Assembly: GCF_004010195.1 (NCBI RefSeq)
Contig: NC_057718.1
Location: 89,896,128-89,960,127, forward strand
DNA: 64,000 nucleotides
Direction: 5' to 3'
Source of the DNA: Chiloscyllium plagiosum
Taxonomy: Eukaryota
Position 1 is the first letter of the stretch. Each line of letters begins with the position of its first letter. Position numbers and translations under genes: made by a program. The notes below the pieces were generated by a model. The model made no database searches. It saw nothing but the letters and a program-made list of their open reading frames with translations, and was not told where the DNA came from. Below, one piece after another: positions 12,040 through 25,827 of this stretch.

Positions 12040-14218
12040 CAGTATGTGGATGTACTTATTAGAGAAGTTGCAAAACTTGACCTATCCTTGGGAAATAAGG
12101 CCGGTTGGTTGACCGAGGTGTCAGTAGGGGAACACTTTGGGGCCAGCAACAATAATTCTGTTAGTTTCAAAATAGTGTTGGAAAAGGATAGCCCAGATCT
12201 AAAAGCTGAAGTTCTGAATTGGAGGAAGGCCAATTTCAATGGTATTAGGCAGAAACATTCCAAAAACTGATTGGAGTCTGATGTTTGCAGGTAAAGGGAT
12301 GACTGGAAAATGGGAAGCCTTCAAAAGTGAGATAATGAGAGTCCAGAGACTGTATATTCCTGTAAGGGTGAAAGGAAAGGCTGGTAGGTGTAGGGAATGC
12401 TGGATGACGAGAGGTTTTGATTAAGAAAAAGAAGGAAGCATACGTCAGAGATTGAGTAAATCCTTAGAGTATAAAGGCAGTAGGAGAATACTTGAGGGCC
12501 AAAAGAGGACATGTGATAGCTTTGGCAAATAAGGTTAAGGAGAATCCAAAGGGATTTTATAAATACATTAACTACAAAAGGGTAACTAGGGAGAGAATAC
12601 GATCCCTTAAAGATCAGCAAGGCACTCAATGTGTGGAACCGCAGGAGATGGAGGATATACTAAATGAGTATTTTGCATCAGTCTTTACTGTGGAAAAGGA
12701 CATGGAAGATATAGAATGCGGGGGAATAGATGGTGACATGTTGAAAAATGTCCATATTACAGAGGAGGCTGTGTTGGTTGTCTTGAAATGCATAAAAGTG
12801 GATAAATTCCCAGAACTCTGTGGGAAACTAGGGAAGTGATTACTGGGCCCCTTGCGGAGATATTTGTATCATCGCTAGTCACAGGTGAGGTGCCGGACGA
12901 CTGGAGGTTGGCTAAAGTGGTGCCACTATTTAAGAAGGGTGGTAAGGACAAGCTAGGGAACTATAGACCAGTGAGCCTGACATTGGTGGTGGGCAAGTTG
13001 TTGGAGGGAATCCTGAGGGACAGTATTTACATGTATTTGAATAAGCAAGGCCTGATTAGAAATAATAAACATGGCTTTGAGTGGGAGATTGTCTCTCACG
13101 GACTTGATTGCATTTTTTGAAGAAGTAACAAAGAGGATTGATAAGGGCAGAGTGCTGGAAGTGATTTATATGGACTTCAGTAAGGCATTCAACATGGTAG
13201 ACTGGTTAGCAAGGTTGGATCTCATGGAATACAGGGAGAACTAGCTATTTGGATACAAAATTGGCTCGAACTTAGAAGACAGAGGGTGGTGGTGGTGGTG
13301 GAGGATTGCTTTTCAGACTGGAGGCCTGTGACCACTGGAGTGCCACAAGGATCGATGCTGGGTCCACTGCCTTTCGTTATTTATATAAATGATTTGGATT
13401 TGATCATAGGAGGTACAGTTAGTAAGTTTGCAGATGACACCAAAATTGGAGGTGTAGNNNNNNNNNNNNNNNNNNNNNNNNNNNNNNNNNNNNNNNNNNN
13501 NNNNNNNNNNNNNNNNNNNNNNNNNNNNNNNNNNNNNNNNNNNNNNNNNNNNNNNNNNNNNNNNNNNNNNNNNNNNNNNNNNNNNNNNNNNNNNNNNNNN
13601 NNNNNNNNNNNNNNNNNNNNNNNNNNNNNNNNNNNNNNNNNNNNNNNNNNNNNNNNNNNNNNNNNNNNNNNNNNNNNNNNNNNNNNNNNNNNNNNNNNNN
13701 NNNNNNNNNNNNNNNNNNNNNNNNNNNNNNNNNNNNNNNNNNNNNNNNNNNNNNNNNNNNNNNNNNNNNNNNNNNNNNNNNNNNNNNNNNNNNNNNNNNN
13801 NNNNNNNNNNNNNNNNNNNNNNNNNNNNNNNNNNNNNNNNNNNNNNNNNNNNNNNNNNNNNNNNNNNNNNNNNNNNNNNNNNNNNNNNNNNNNNNNNNNN
13901 NNNNNNNNNNNNNNNNNNNNNNNNNNNNNNNNNNNNNNNNNNNNNNNNNNNNNNNNNAGATATAAAAGGGACCTAAGGGGCAAGTTTTTCACGCAGGAGG
14001 TAGTGCGTGTATGGAATGGGCTGCCAGAGGAAGTGGTGGAGGCTGGTACAATTACAGCATTTAAAAGACATCTGGATGGGTATATGGTTAGGAAGGGTTT
14101 AGAGGGATATGGGTCAACTGCTGGCAGGTTGGACTAGATTAGGTTAGAATATTTGGTTGGCATGGACCCCCCCCCCCCCCAAGGGCATGTTTCCGTACTG
14201 TACGTCTCTATGATTCTG
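12040..14218 (+). mobile_element. CR1/HER1-type LINE, 5'-truncated and decayed, spanning the assembly gap
   Basis: ORF remnants VPDDWRLAKVVPLFKKG, NYRPVSLT, GVPQGSMLGP, KFADDTKIGG; tail ctctatgattct. Confidence 0.93.
13458..13957. other. Assembly gap (500 N)
   Basis: Run of N inside the CR1 copy. Confidence 1.
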
Positions 14219-14219
14219 A

Positions 14220-14640
14220 ATGTGTCAGTATTGTTTTGTAGATTAGCCCAGAGTATGTGCAACAGGTGTCGTCTGCATACTTTGTTCGGTGACAGAAGTT
14301 GAGGTGTCTTGGTTCAGGCCTGGGAGGTATCAAATTTTGAACAGTTTCCCACTTTTTCTGTAGGTTGGCTCCACTCCATCTGGGAGTTTCATGAAGATGG
14401 GTTGGAGTATTGCAGTGTGGAAGATTAAAGAATACCTTTGGCACAATCACACAACACTGCTTGACCCAGTTTGCACTCATTGGATCTGTGGTAGATCTGT
14501 TGGTGAGGAGGATGAGCATGCCATCGTGAATGGTGGTCAATTTCTGCAGCAGCTGAATTTGAGGAACGTATTCTACTATTCCTCATTGTTGGCAGATTCA
14601 AAGGCATTTGACCTATTGAAGCAGAGCACATGAGGGAAGA
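14220..14640 (-). mobile_element. RTE-clade LINE, RT-domain part (continuation of 11190-12035)
   Basis: ORF 14208..14540: HDGM...STTDP...VKQCCVIVP...KYADD. Confidence 0.75.
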
Positions 14641-15779
14641 GCACCCAGAGTCAGTCAGTCACCAGCTGAAAGAGTGAGGGAGGCAGACACTGAGACAGTC
14701 ACCATCAGCTGTTGCAATTTATAGCTGATGAAAGTCAAATGTAGTAAACAAGATGGAGAATAGGATCAAATTTCAGGAGGCCATGGACTGATTGGTGACA
14801 GGCACATTATTAAACGTAAGTGTCAAGTGATATTCTTTTGGCAGAAGAATGAGTAAAGTGAATTAAATAATACAATTCTGAGAACAATTATGTGGCTATT
14901 TGCAAAATAAACTCAGACCAGTATGGAACAGAGAGAACTTTTGTCAAGACAAATACAGTACTCAGCAAAGGGAGATCAGCAAATACGTGATAATAGAGAA
15001 GGTTGTCATGTGGGTGGTGGAAGGGGAGAGTATGCAGTAGCTTCGGGGAGAAAGATGTATTGCGATTGATAATTTAAGTTTTTTCCATATCATCAGTTAG
15101 CGAAGGTGGATTTGGTGATAGAGCTAGTGATTATCGCAGGGGAAGGTCAAGGAAAAGTGTTGAGAAGTTTGCAATGGATAAAATGATCAGTTTGCAACTG
15201 CAGATCCTGAACCTTTCCACTGAAAGTATATAATAGAAGCTGTCAAGTTCACCATTTGTAGTCCAGCTCCATGACCCTTGAAAAGAAGGTGAATCTTTTC
15301 ATTGTGTGTTTTTAGTTTGCCAGTGTCATTTTTTAAAAATTTCCAGATTAAAAAAAAACGAAGTTCAGGTTCTCAAACAACCACTATAAAATGAGATTTA
15401 ATGTCTAGAATTTTACTTGTCCAATAATAGAAACATATACTGCAAATGAGAATTCGATCAAATCAGTGTTGGTAGATATGAATTTCTGTGAATGTTCCTT
15501 CCATGTTAGTAAGTGTATTATAGGTTCCATACAAAATATGCACACATTAATGGAGATAACTTGGCTTGTATGCGTTGAAATTTAGTTAGAGCACAGTGTT
15601 CAGATGAAAGGAAGTGATGACCAATGGTGTTTTCTGCATCATATGATGTATTCCATACTAAATCTGCAAATAATGGAGTAAATATTGATTGTAGGTGAAA
15701 CTGAGAAAGAAAGTGAATTTGAAGAAAGGGGAGCGACTAAAGAGGTCAATGGGTTAAAATGGATATCTGCTCAATGGCA

Positions 15780-16060
15780 AATAGTCATGCAGCATGGAAA
15801 CAGACCCTCCAGCCAACTCATCTGTGCTGACCAGACATCCACATCTGACCTAGTGCTATTTGCCCATCCCTCTAAATCCTTTCTTTCACATTCTTCCAGA
15901 TGCCTTTTAAGTGCAGTAATTCTACCCACCTCCTCCATCACCACATCTGGCAGCTCATTCCACACACATACCAGTCTTTGCATGAAGTTGCCCCTCTGGT
16001 TCCTTTTTAAGTCTTTCCCCTCTCATCTAAACCTATGCCTTCTAGTTTTGGACTCCCTGA
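15780..16060 (-). mobile_element. CR1/HER1-type 3' fragment
   Basis: MQRLVCVWNELPDVV...KRHL remnant with tail. Confidence 0.8.
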
Positions 16061-18827
16061 TGTAGAGTAAAATTTGAGAATGTTTGAAGTGCGTGAAAAA
16101 TGATTGGGAAGCTCTGTGTGGCTTAGGGAGAGAGAAACAAAGGTTTAAGAATCTAGGTACCTGAAAGCAAAATACAGTCTTAGAAAGCTTAATTAACTTA
16201 ATTGGAAGGTGATATAAGATCCCAACAGGAATCCATTGGTGAACCTCAGAGTTTCATTTGGCCTATGATGTATAGTTTTGGCTATTGACCACAGCAAGAA
16301 GAACAAGCCTTAGAGAACTGAGCTGTGATCTGTAAGATGAGTGAATTTACCTGTGATGAGAAAAAGACTTAGCTCTGGTTACACTCATTCGATAGTGGAG
16401 GTGATCTGTTTCACATGTCCAAAACAATGATTGGAATTGTCAGGAAAGTGATAAAATGACTTCGCTATAGTCGAGGGAATCTCGAAAAATGTAACCAATC
16501 TTAGCATTTAGAGCATATTGGTTTCGCTTCAAGGATTGTGAGAACATTCTCTGCATTGTCATTGAATTCATGAAATGCAGAAACAATTGGCCATGCTTTG
16601 GAGGGAGAGAGCCTTTGGGAGTATGTGGTATCAAGAAAGGGCTATAAATTAGTATTTAAAGGATAGGGCTGCAATGACTGTCAAAATGGAGTAGAGCCAT
16701 GAGCTGAATTGCTCACTTGTACATAAAATTTACATTTGCTCGCAAGAAGCATACAGTGTTCTATATACAGTGTTACTTGTGGTGACAGAGCTAAGTAGCT
16801 AATTTATATATTGGCAATCAAGCATCTAAAAATCTTGCCACCTTCTCTGTTTGCCAATGCTTTCCTTCTCATTTCTCCCACCCACACCACTTATCCATGA
16901 ACAGCCTTATTCCTTTGAGGTACAGCTCTTCTGATGTCAGTTCTGCTGCTGTCTCTGTCCTGCCCTCCTGGCTATTACTTCTATATACTTACAGTGGCAC
17001 TCTGGCAGCTGGAGTCTGATTCTCTAATCACCTGATAGCTGCATGCTCTTTAGGTGTTATGAGATAGCAAACGGAAAATGGAAACCCCTCTGGTCAACAG
17101 CCCTCTCTCTCCTACCACATGCCCTCCTTCCCCCTTAGGCACTCCCGCCTGCAAAAAAGATAAAAGCGACCTACACCTACCTTGGTTCAACTAACCGAAG
17201 ACAGGGTAGGAGGTTAACATGCCCAATTCAAATGCTCCTTGGTTAAGCCCTCTCTCTATCGCTCAATTACTAATTGGGTAAACGCTGTCTCTGTATCTCC
17301 TATACTAAGAAGGAAAGGGGGTAATTTTCCAAGAGAGTGGGGCTCGGGGTAGGTTTTTCGAGGGACTTAAATGGTGAGTGCATTTGAATGAATCAGACAG
17401 TGGGATTTTGTAAGTGCAGTTATATATGAATTGAGGTGTGGGTGTTAATTAGGGATTCTCCAGGCCTGGGCACAAGTAGATAATGTAGGGTATGGATGGA
17501 GAATAATACGAGGCAGAGATCAGAGATGACCTTATCAGTGATAGATAGAAGGAACGAACAGGGTGATGGCTCTGAATATGGTGAAAAGGTGCAGATAAGA
17601 TTAGCTCCTATTTAATTCTCTAGCCTTTTGCTCACTCCTGTTTCAAAATTAACATAGCAAAAATAGGCCATGTGCTTTAAATCAAAAATGCATCAAGTAT
17701 TTGTTTTAGCAAAATCACCTAGCGTAAAAAAGAATCCAAAACATGAGTTTTAGAGAAACGAGGCATCTATGATGATTAGTCTTGGTATCCATAACAGTGA
17801 GTAACTACTAACAGTTCCTCAGCAGGGAGCAGATGATAACTGAAATGGTATAATGGCTGCAATTTAATAAGAAAAACATTTGCTAGTTCTTTTCACTAGA
17901 TTACTCCCAATAGGTGAATAGATGTACACCCTGTCCACTTAAACAACACCAGATCAGTATAAGATTTACAAGAGTCACAGATGCTCTTGAAGTAATATTG
18001 AAATTTTTACATTGTGTAAATACAAATATTGATCATGCCTTCATGAATTGGGTTCACTTCAACATTATAATGAACTCCTGTGATGCTGTTTAATTTTCTT
18101 CTAGCTTCCTGTTTAACTTCCTTCTGCATCACATTTCCTCTTGAACTTCAGAGTAATCCAGCATTCTAATTCGCACTAGTAGTTAATAAAAACTCCTCCT
18201 GATAGCAGCATGAACTGGCAGACGTGTCCCTTTCATTTTCCTTTGTCCACAAGTGGAAAGCTTTGTTTTTACTTGATGACCCATAGAGGAGCTTTTCAGA
18301 ACTAACTAACTTTATCTGTGGGGTGCATTAAGCAGTACATGTGATCTGTTTTTGTGAGGCAAATCTGTTGTGCCTTAACAGTGGGTTTTAAGGAGGAAGG
18401 CAACAGGAGTCTGCTTTGTGTATTTTAACTTTCAAAGGAAGCCTCAATATTTTACTTGTTTTTCTTTGTTTCCATTTTCTTCTTCCTGTGGTGTTTCGTC
18501 AATAGAAATCACTGACCTGTGTTTTCAGGTCGAGTTCGATATGTTCCTCATCCCCTATACAGTCTGTATGGACAGGATTTGATATATCCAGTCAGTAATT
18601 TCCACTGCTGTAGTTGGAAATGCTGGACAAGAGGAGGCGATGAGCCAGTAGTATTATCTCTGGACTGGTAATCCAGAGACCCAGGTAATGTTATGGGGCC
18701 ACAGATTTGAATTCTGCTATAGTAGTTCGTGGAATTTGAATTCAATGAACGAAAAATGGAATTAAGAATCTAAAGATTATCATGAAACCATTGTCTATTG
18801 TCAGAAAAATGCATCTGTTCCACTGAT

Positions 18828-18934
18828 GGCAAAAGCTGTATTCCTGATGATGGGCTTTTGCCCGAAATGTCGATTTTCCTGCTCCTCGGATGCTGCCTGA
18901 CCTGTGCTTTTCCAGCACCACTCTGATCTAAACG
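18828..18934 (+). mobile_element. Short hammerhead-bearing insert with 13-bp TSD, nested in an older SINE-like repeat (about 18620-19090)
   Basis: ctgttccactgat at 18815-18827 and 18935-18947; core CTGATGA-T-GGGC-TTTT-GCCC-GAAA-TG-TC at 18844-18871. Confidence 0.85.
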
Positions 18935-19444
18935 CTGTTCCACTGATATCCTTACCTTAACTACTATCCTTACCTGGTCTGGACTACATGTGACTCCAGA
19001 CCCACAGCATTGTGGTTGACTCTGAACTGCCCTTTGGGATGGGCAATAAATGCTGGTCGAGCCAACGATGCTGTCATCCCGTAAATGAATCCCGAATTAA
19101 TGAGGAAGAGGTAATCCTTTCAATATAAATGAAGAACAATGTTCAGACTGGTTTCCTATTCAGGTGTGAGATCCCACCTTAGATACTGGTACCAAAAGCA
19201 GAATTGTGGGATGTGACCACACTGTCCTTAAGTAATTTTAGCATGCTGTTATTACAACATTGTTGTTCCCATCGATAAATGGCTTTTTACCATTGAGAGT
19301 TTAAGGTCACACGTTGTTGGGTTGAAATGGGGTGGGGGAGAAGTCACCAGCTTATTTCCACAATATCTGAATGTGCCCAGTGTTTACTGACCATCAGCTA
19401 GATTTAAACAATTCACGGGATAATAGGTGTTAGATGGTTTAATA

Positions 19445-19670
19445 TTCCAGAACATTTGTCACCATACTAGGTTATATCATCAGAGAGCCTCCGGAGGAAG
19501 CACTGGTGGCATGGCTCACTTTCTATTTGTTTTGGTTTCCTTGGGCTGGTGATGTCATTGCTGACGATGTCATTTCCCATGATGATGTCATTTCCGGTTC
19601 TCTTTCTCAGGGGAGGTACATGAAATCCAAGTCAGTGTGTTTGTTGATGGAGTTCCGGTTGGAATGCCAA
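19445..19670 (-). mobile_element. Penelope-like terminal fragment, inverted relative to 20115-20300
   Basis: Reverse complement matches ggaactctatcaacaaacacattgacttgga...ccagtgcttc...ctgatgat..cct.gtatggtgac. Confidence 0.8.
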
Positions 19671-19756
19671 ACATTTTCTAACTCGCCAGGGCCTGATGGC
19701 CTGCATTCAAAGGTTTTAAAGGAGGTGCTGTAGCGATGGAGGCACTGGATGAAATT

Positions 19757-20340
19757 AGTAAGTTTTGAGTCGCGGAAATGACTGCCAGACTACTCAGACT
19801 CCTTAGCATCATGGCAGCCCACAAACCTATCAACAAACTAAAACAGCAGCTAATGAACCTGAAAGACACTATACAGACAATAAGCAACACTGATGTCATT
19901 TACAAAATACCTTGCAAGAAATGTAACAAACACTAGATTGGACAAACAGGCAGAAAACTAGCCAACAGGACATATGAATGTCAACTCGCCACAAAAAGAC
20001 ATTACCCACTCTCACTAGTCTCCTTACATATAGATGAGGAAGGACACCTCTTCGACTGGGACAACACATCCATCCTGGGACAAGCCAAACAGAGACACGC
20101 ACGAGAATTCCTAGAAGCATAGCAAACGGAACTCTATCAACAAACACATTGACTTGGATCCCATTTATCACCCCTGAGAAAAAGTACAGGAAATGACATT
20201 GACCCAAAGAAACCTAAGCACATAAATAGAAAGCAGGCCATGCCGCCAGTGCTTCACTCAGAGGCTCGCTGATGATGTTACCTGGTATGGTGACAAACAT
20301 CTGAAAACGAACCTTCCAGCTCAGCGAGCCAACCTACATC
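19757..20340 (+). mobile_element. Penelope-like element 3' end: decayed GIY-YIG endonuclease plus terminal repeat
   Basis: Translation VIYKIPCKKCNKH*IGQTGRKL...EGHLFDWDNTSILGQAKQRHAREFLEA; degenerate hammerhead at 20269-20302. Confidence 0.88.
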
Positions 20341-23170
20341 CATTGGTTGAAATATTCTGGGACTGTCTGGATTCTGAGAACGTTCCAACTGACTGGAAAA
20401 CTGCTGATGTGACACCTCTGTTCAAGAAGGGAGAGACATTGAAAGCAGGAAACTGTTGAAGTATGACTGGACTAAGCACTAACCTATTTTCTTTGTACAT
20501 ATGCTACCAGACTTGCTGTGTTTCTCCAGCACTGTTCTTGTTTCAAGCAATATATAAGCCAGTTAGCCTAACACCAGTCATTGGGAAATGCGAAAGTCCT
20601 TTAATAAGGAGGAAATTGCAGGACATTTTCAAAATCTGTCAGCATGATTTTGTGCAAGACAAATCATATGTGACAAATTTGCTTGAGTTCTTTTGAAGAT
20701 ATAATGAGTAAGAGTTGATAAAAGAGAACTGGTAGATATAGTGTATTTTGATTTCCAAGTGGAATTTGATAAGGTTATTGCACAAGGCAGGAGTTTGTGG
20801 TATTGGGGTCATGGGTTAGCCTACCAAAGAGAGTCCGGAGTATTGTCTTTTTCAGATTGGAAAAAATATCACAAGTGAAATACCAACAGGATTTTCTAGG
20901 GTCTCGGGAGGAGGGAGAAAGGTCTTGCGTGTCCAGGTTTGCTGTCGATACAAAAAAATACATGAAAGATCACTTTGTGATTGAGACATAAGAACTTCTG
21001 TGAGGGTGGAGAGATAAGTGGTGTGAGTGGCCGAAAACTTGGCAGATGGAGTTTAATGTCAGAAAGTGTGAGGTCATGCACTTTGGTAGGAAGGATCAAA
21101 AGGCAAACTTCCAAAACCAAAGGATCTGAGTGTTTTTGTGTTGGCAACACAAAAATTTAGCATAGGTGCAGCAGGAAATGAAGAAGGCATGTGGAGTTTT
21201 GGCATTTTTTTTGCCAGGGGAATGAAGTTTAAAAATAGGTTTGTCTTATTACAACTGCTCAGGAGAAATGTATGAGGGAAGCTAATGAGGCTAAAGCCTG
21301 ATGAGATTCCTGGACCTGACTGTATCCTAATATTTTAAAAGAAGTAATTGTACACACAGTGGATGCACTAGTGCTAGTGGTAATCTTTCAAGATTTTGGA
21401 AAACTGCCAATTTAACATCCTTAATTCAAAAAGGAGGGAGACTTAAAATAGGGAACTGCAGGCCAGTTAGCCAAACATCTGTTAGCGACGAAATGTTTAA
21501 GTTTATGAAACAACATTTAATAGCAGAGCATTGAGAAATACATAATGTGTCAAGAGTCAGCATGGCTTCATCAAGGAGAAATCATACCTGACAAATGAAT
21601 TACACTATTTTGAGGTAACAGGCAGTGAAGATAAAGGGGAGCCAGTAAATATAACTTGGATTTCTGAAAGCATTTGATGAGGTACTGTACGTAAGGCTAC
21701 TTAAAAAAGATAAAATGGTGGAGGGTAGTATATTAGTATTGACAGTGTATTGCCTAACTACTGAAAGACAATGGACGTTTTCAGGTTGGCAAACTATGAC
21801 TAGAATGCTAGAGGGATGGATGCTAGGGCCACAGTTATTTACAAGTGAATGCACTCGCACCAAGTTTGCAGATGACCCAAAAATGAATGGGAAGGAAAGG
21901 AGTGAAGTTGACACAGGAGTCTACAGAGGGATATGAAGACACTGGGCAAAAACTTGGTTATGCACTTTGGCAGGAAGAGCAGAAAAGCTGAATATTATTT
22001 AAGTGAGAAATGACTGCAAAATGCTGCAGCAGAGAGGGATTTGGATGTCGTGCATTAATCACAATGCCAGCATCCAAGTTCAGCAAGCAATAGGAAAGGC
22101 AAATGGAATTCAAAGGGAATAAGGAATAAAATTAGTGAGATCTTGCTAAAACTATTCAAGGTAATAGTCAGATCATGTCTAAGATAGTGTAAACAGTTTT
22201 AGTCCTCTTGACAGAGGAAAGGTATACCCCCACTGGAGGAAGTTGCGAGGAGAGCTTTTGTAGATTGAGCTTAGATCCATTGGAATATAGAAAAATGAGC
22301 AGCGACCTCATTGAAACGTGCAAGGTTCTTAGAGGACTTGACCGTGCAGATGTAGAGAATCCCTTCCCCTTGAGGGAGAGTCTGTGACCAGAGGGCATAA
22401 TCTCTGATTTCGGTTCACCCGTTTAAGGTCAAGATGAGTAATTGTTTTGTGAAGGTGGTAAACCTGTGGAATTTTTTTTACCACAGTGTGATGTTGAGGA
22501 TGGGTTCTTGAGTGTATTCAAGACTGCAAGATTTCTCTTCCTGAAGGCAATGGCGGGTAATGGGCATAAAGCAGGAAAGTGAAGTTGAGAATGATCAGAT
22601 CCACCAAGATCTCATTGACTGGCAGAGCGGACACTATGGGCTAAATAAGTCTATTTCTGCTCCTTGTTTTCTGGTGCTAAGATCACCTTGGAGTACAGCT
22701 TTCATTCCTTTCTTTAAGAAGGATACACTGTCATTGAGGACAGATTCACAAGGTGGATTAAGGGTTTGATTTATCAAGGATGGCTTAACAAGTTGGGCTT
22801 TTATTAATTAGAGTTTAGAAGAATGAGGAGTGATCTTAGTGAAGCTTACAAGATCCTACAAGAGCTTGACATGGTAGATGTTGAGAAGATGTTTCCTTTA
22901 GTTTTGGAATTGTGAACTAGGGGACATGGTTACAGAATAAGGGGACAGTCACTTAAAACGTAGAAGCCATGGAATTTCTTCTCCCAGATGATAGTATCTG
23001 GAATTCTCTACCCCAGAGAGTTGTGGAGATGAGATGTAGGTAGAGTTTTGAAATATCATGAAGTTGATGATTGCTGATACGAAAGGAATTGAGACCTGGG
23101 GCCAAACAGCCATAATCTTGAGTTGCTGGGCATTCTGGAGAGGCTGAAAGGCCTCTTGCTGCTCATTGAT
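20341..23170 (+). mobile_element. Cluster of old CR1-type LINE fragments (about three pieces; the first begins at about 19670)
   Basis: Remnants DWKTADVTPLFKKG, YKPVSLT, RFAVDTK, KFADDPK. Confidence 0.8.
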
Positions 23171-24310
23171 TTTTGTGTTTACGTACATCATACTGCAACC
23201 ATGAGAAACTTGTTCACAATATATTAAAATCAGTTCATCTGCATTGATCTCCTGTCTGTCAAACATATTCATTAAATTGATCCCATTTTCTGGCAGAGGC
23301 AGTTGGTAATGGCTTCAGTTTTTGCAGTACTTAGGAAATTTCTGCTTAGCCAGTATTGACAGAGTCTGACAATTATAAGACAATGGGTTATATATGCATT
23401 ATATATGTATATGTACACAGGAGAGTGAATGAGGTAGAAATACAAAACAAAAAAGCCGGAGATAGTCACTGCGCTCAATGCAGTTTCCTTTGTGTTGGCA
23501 AGACCAAATATAGATTGGGTGACGGCTTTGCATAACGCCTCCACTTTGTTTAAAAGAATAACCCCACCTTTCCAGTTGCTTTCCATTTCAAGAAGCCATC
23601 TTGTGCCCATGCTGACCTTTCAGTTTCAGGCCTGCTGTAGCATTCCTGCACAGCTCAATGTAAGCTGGACCTCATTTTCTGATAAGGCACTTTACAGCCT
23701 TCAGAACTATCTTCAACAGCCATGGGATGAGGTGTGAATTCGTAGCGAGGATTGGGAGGAGAAAGTGAACAAGGGCTGTTGAGCAGATGATTTCAAACTT
23801 GATGACAGGAGTTTCACACACTTAGTAAGATGGGAGAGACAGTGGAGAAGCCATGCAGGAGAGAGAAGAAACTGGATGCTATCGTGGTTTTCTTGGTTGA
23901 TTGGCAGAAGTAGTTTTAGCAGACTGCATTATGTGTGGATGGTGAATGGTTAAACTCGTTATACACCATATCCATTCATGTCTGTATCTGTTGGGCTTGA
24001 GACTGGAGATGTGTGCCATATTGAAATACAGTGAGTGTGATGATTTTAAAGGAAACTTAAAGCTTTAAAGGTAGAGGTGTGGCCACGCACACCAGCAGCT
24101 GCAGAATTGTTGTGGTGAATGGATAGTTAAATATGATAACATTGGTATTTTAAAAGTACAATAGCAAATGTGTTGTAATGGGTTTCCCTGCAGACTGGCA
24201 TAGAAGAATAGGCTAGGGCGAAGGAGGGAGATTTCGGTGACCAGCGAAAGTTATTGGGAATTACTTGACCTGTGACTCAATGTTATGTAATGCAGTGTAA
24301 GTTGATGCAG

Positions 24311-24476
24311 ACCGTTCTGCTGTAATACAAATTTGCTGTAACACGATTGAATTGGGGATGCTGTTTCTAAAGCGCAAACTTTTAAAACCTGTTGGCTGTA
24401 ATGTGATCACATTGCCAACACTTTCGGTGCTGTTTCTAAAACATGGGACCATCGCGTTCCAAAAGAATGAACTCCA
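24311..24476. mobile_element. Possible decayed Tigger/pogo-like MITE
   Basis: Imperfect terminal inversions cagaccgttctgctgtaa / cgcgttccaaaagaatgaact. Confidence 0.35.
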
Positions 24477-25437
24477 TCTCTGAAGATAATTTGCTGGGTG
24501 TAGAGGCTGAGAGAGGAGTGTTGTGAAGATAACTCTTTAGTGCTTGGATGTGCACTACTAAATGAGGATCTTGACCGAGAAGTGATGGGCTTTGATCAAG
24601 GTGGTATAGAGTCATAGAGATGTACAGCACGGAAACTGACCCTTTGGTCCAACTCGTCCATGCTGACCAGATATCCTAACCTAATCTAATACCATTTGCC
24701 TATAGAGGTGCCTTTTAAATGTTGTAATTGTACCAGCCTCAATCATTTCCTCTGGCAGCTCATTCCACACACGCACCACCCTATGATCAAGGTCATTGGA
24801 GAAAATGCCACAGAAGGGAGTACAGACAAGTGTTTCAGGCTGGGGAGGTTTCATTTAGAGGGAAGGTGATATCACATAGCCAGACTCGGTTAAGGTTGTG
24901 ATGTCAATGCAGTTACCCACAATAAGCTTATGGATGGTGAGGGCGTTTCTCATGTGATTTGATATTGTGGAGGGAGACATGACATGAGGATAGTTGATTC
25001 ACTGAGCCAGCGCCCAAACTAGTTGAACAATAAAGACATTGGCTTATCCTCTTATTAGGATGCTGGGTAGGAACGTTGACAGAAGTGCATTGTGGAACAA
25101 TTTAGATTTGCTGCTCACGAGACCACCATTCAGAGCAGGAGTAACTTGTTTGGCCCTTCAAGGCTGCTCTGTTATTCCAAAAAATTCTAGCTGGTAATAG
25201 AGAGCAACTTTTCCACACTATTTTCGTATCGCCCGGTTTCCTTAGTATCCGGAAGATGGTCAATTTCGCTCTCTGCATGCACGCACTCACTGAACCTCCA
25301 CAGCTTTGAGGGAAAAAAATTGTAAATATTCTCAACTCTTTGAATTAAGAAATTTCTCCTCTTGGCCAACTTGTCTGCGTATTATGACTCTAGTTCTAGA
25401 CTCTCCAGCCAGAGGAATCTGCCTCCCAGCATCTACC

Positions 25438-25827
25438 CATTAAGTCCTTTACGAACCTTCTGTTTCAAAGCAATGACCTCTCATTCTTCTTAACCTCAGA
25501 AATTGCCAGCCTCAGATCTGCCTACTGTTACTGGTTCAAAAGTATGGAACTCCCTTACTGAAAGTCTGTTGCTGTGCCTCCAACACATGCACTGCAGTTG
25601 TTGGAGAAGACAGCTGAACTGTACTAGTTCGCATTAAGTCCTTTACGAACCTTCTGTTTCAAAGCAATGACCTCTCATTCTTCTTAACCTCAGAAATTGC
25701 CAGCCTCAGATCTGCCTACTCTGTTACTGGTTCAAAAGTATGGAACTCCCTTACTGAAAGTCTGTTGCTGTGCCTCCAACACATGGACTGCAGTTGTTGG
25801 AGAAGACAGCTGAACTGTACTAGTTCG
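25438..25827. repeat. Tandem duplication, 194 + 196 bp
   Basis: 25438-25631 and 25632-25827 differ only by a 2-bp indel and one substitution. Confidence 0.95.

Noticed and set aside
13286..14137. 283-aa and 203-aa ORFs in the track
   Set aside because: They read through the 500-N gap inside a CR1 copy.
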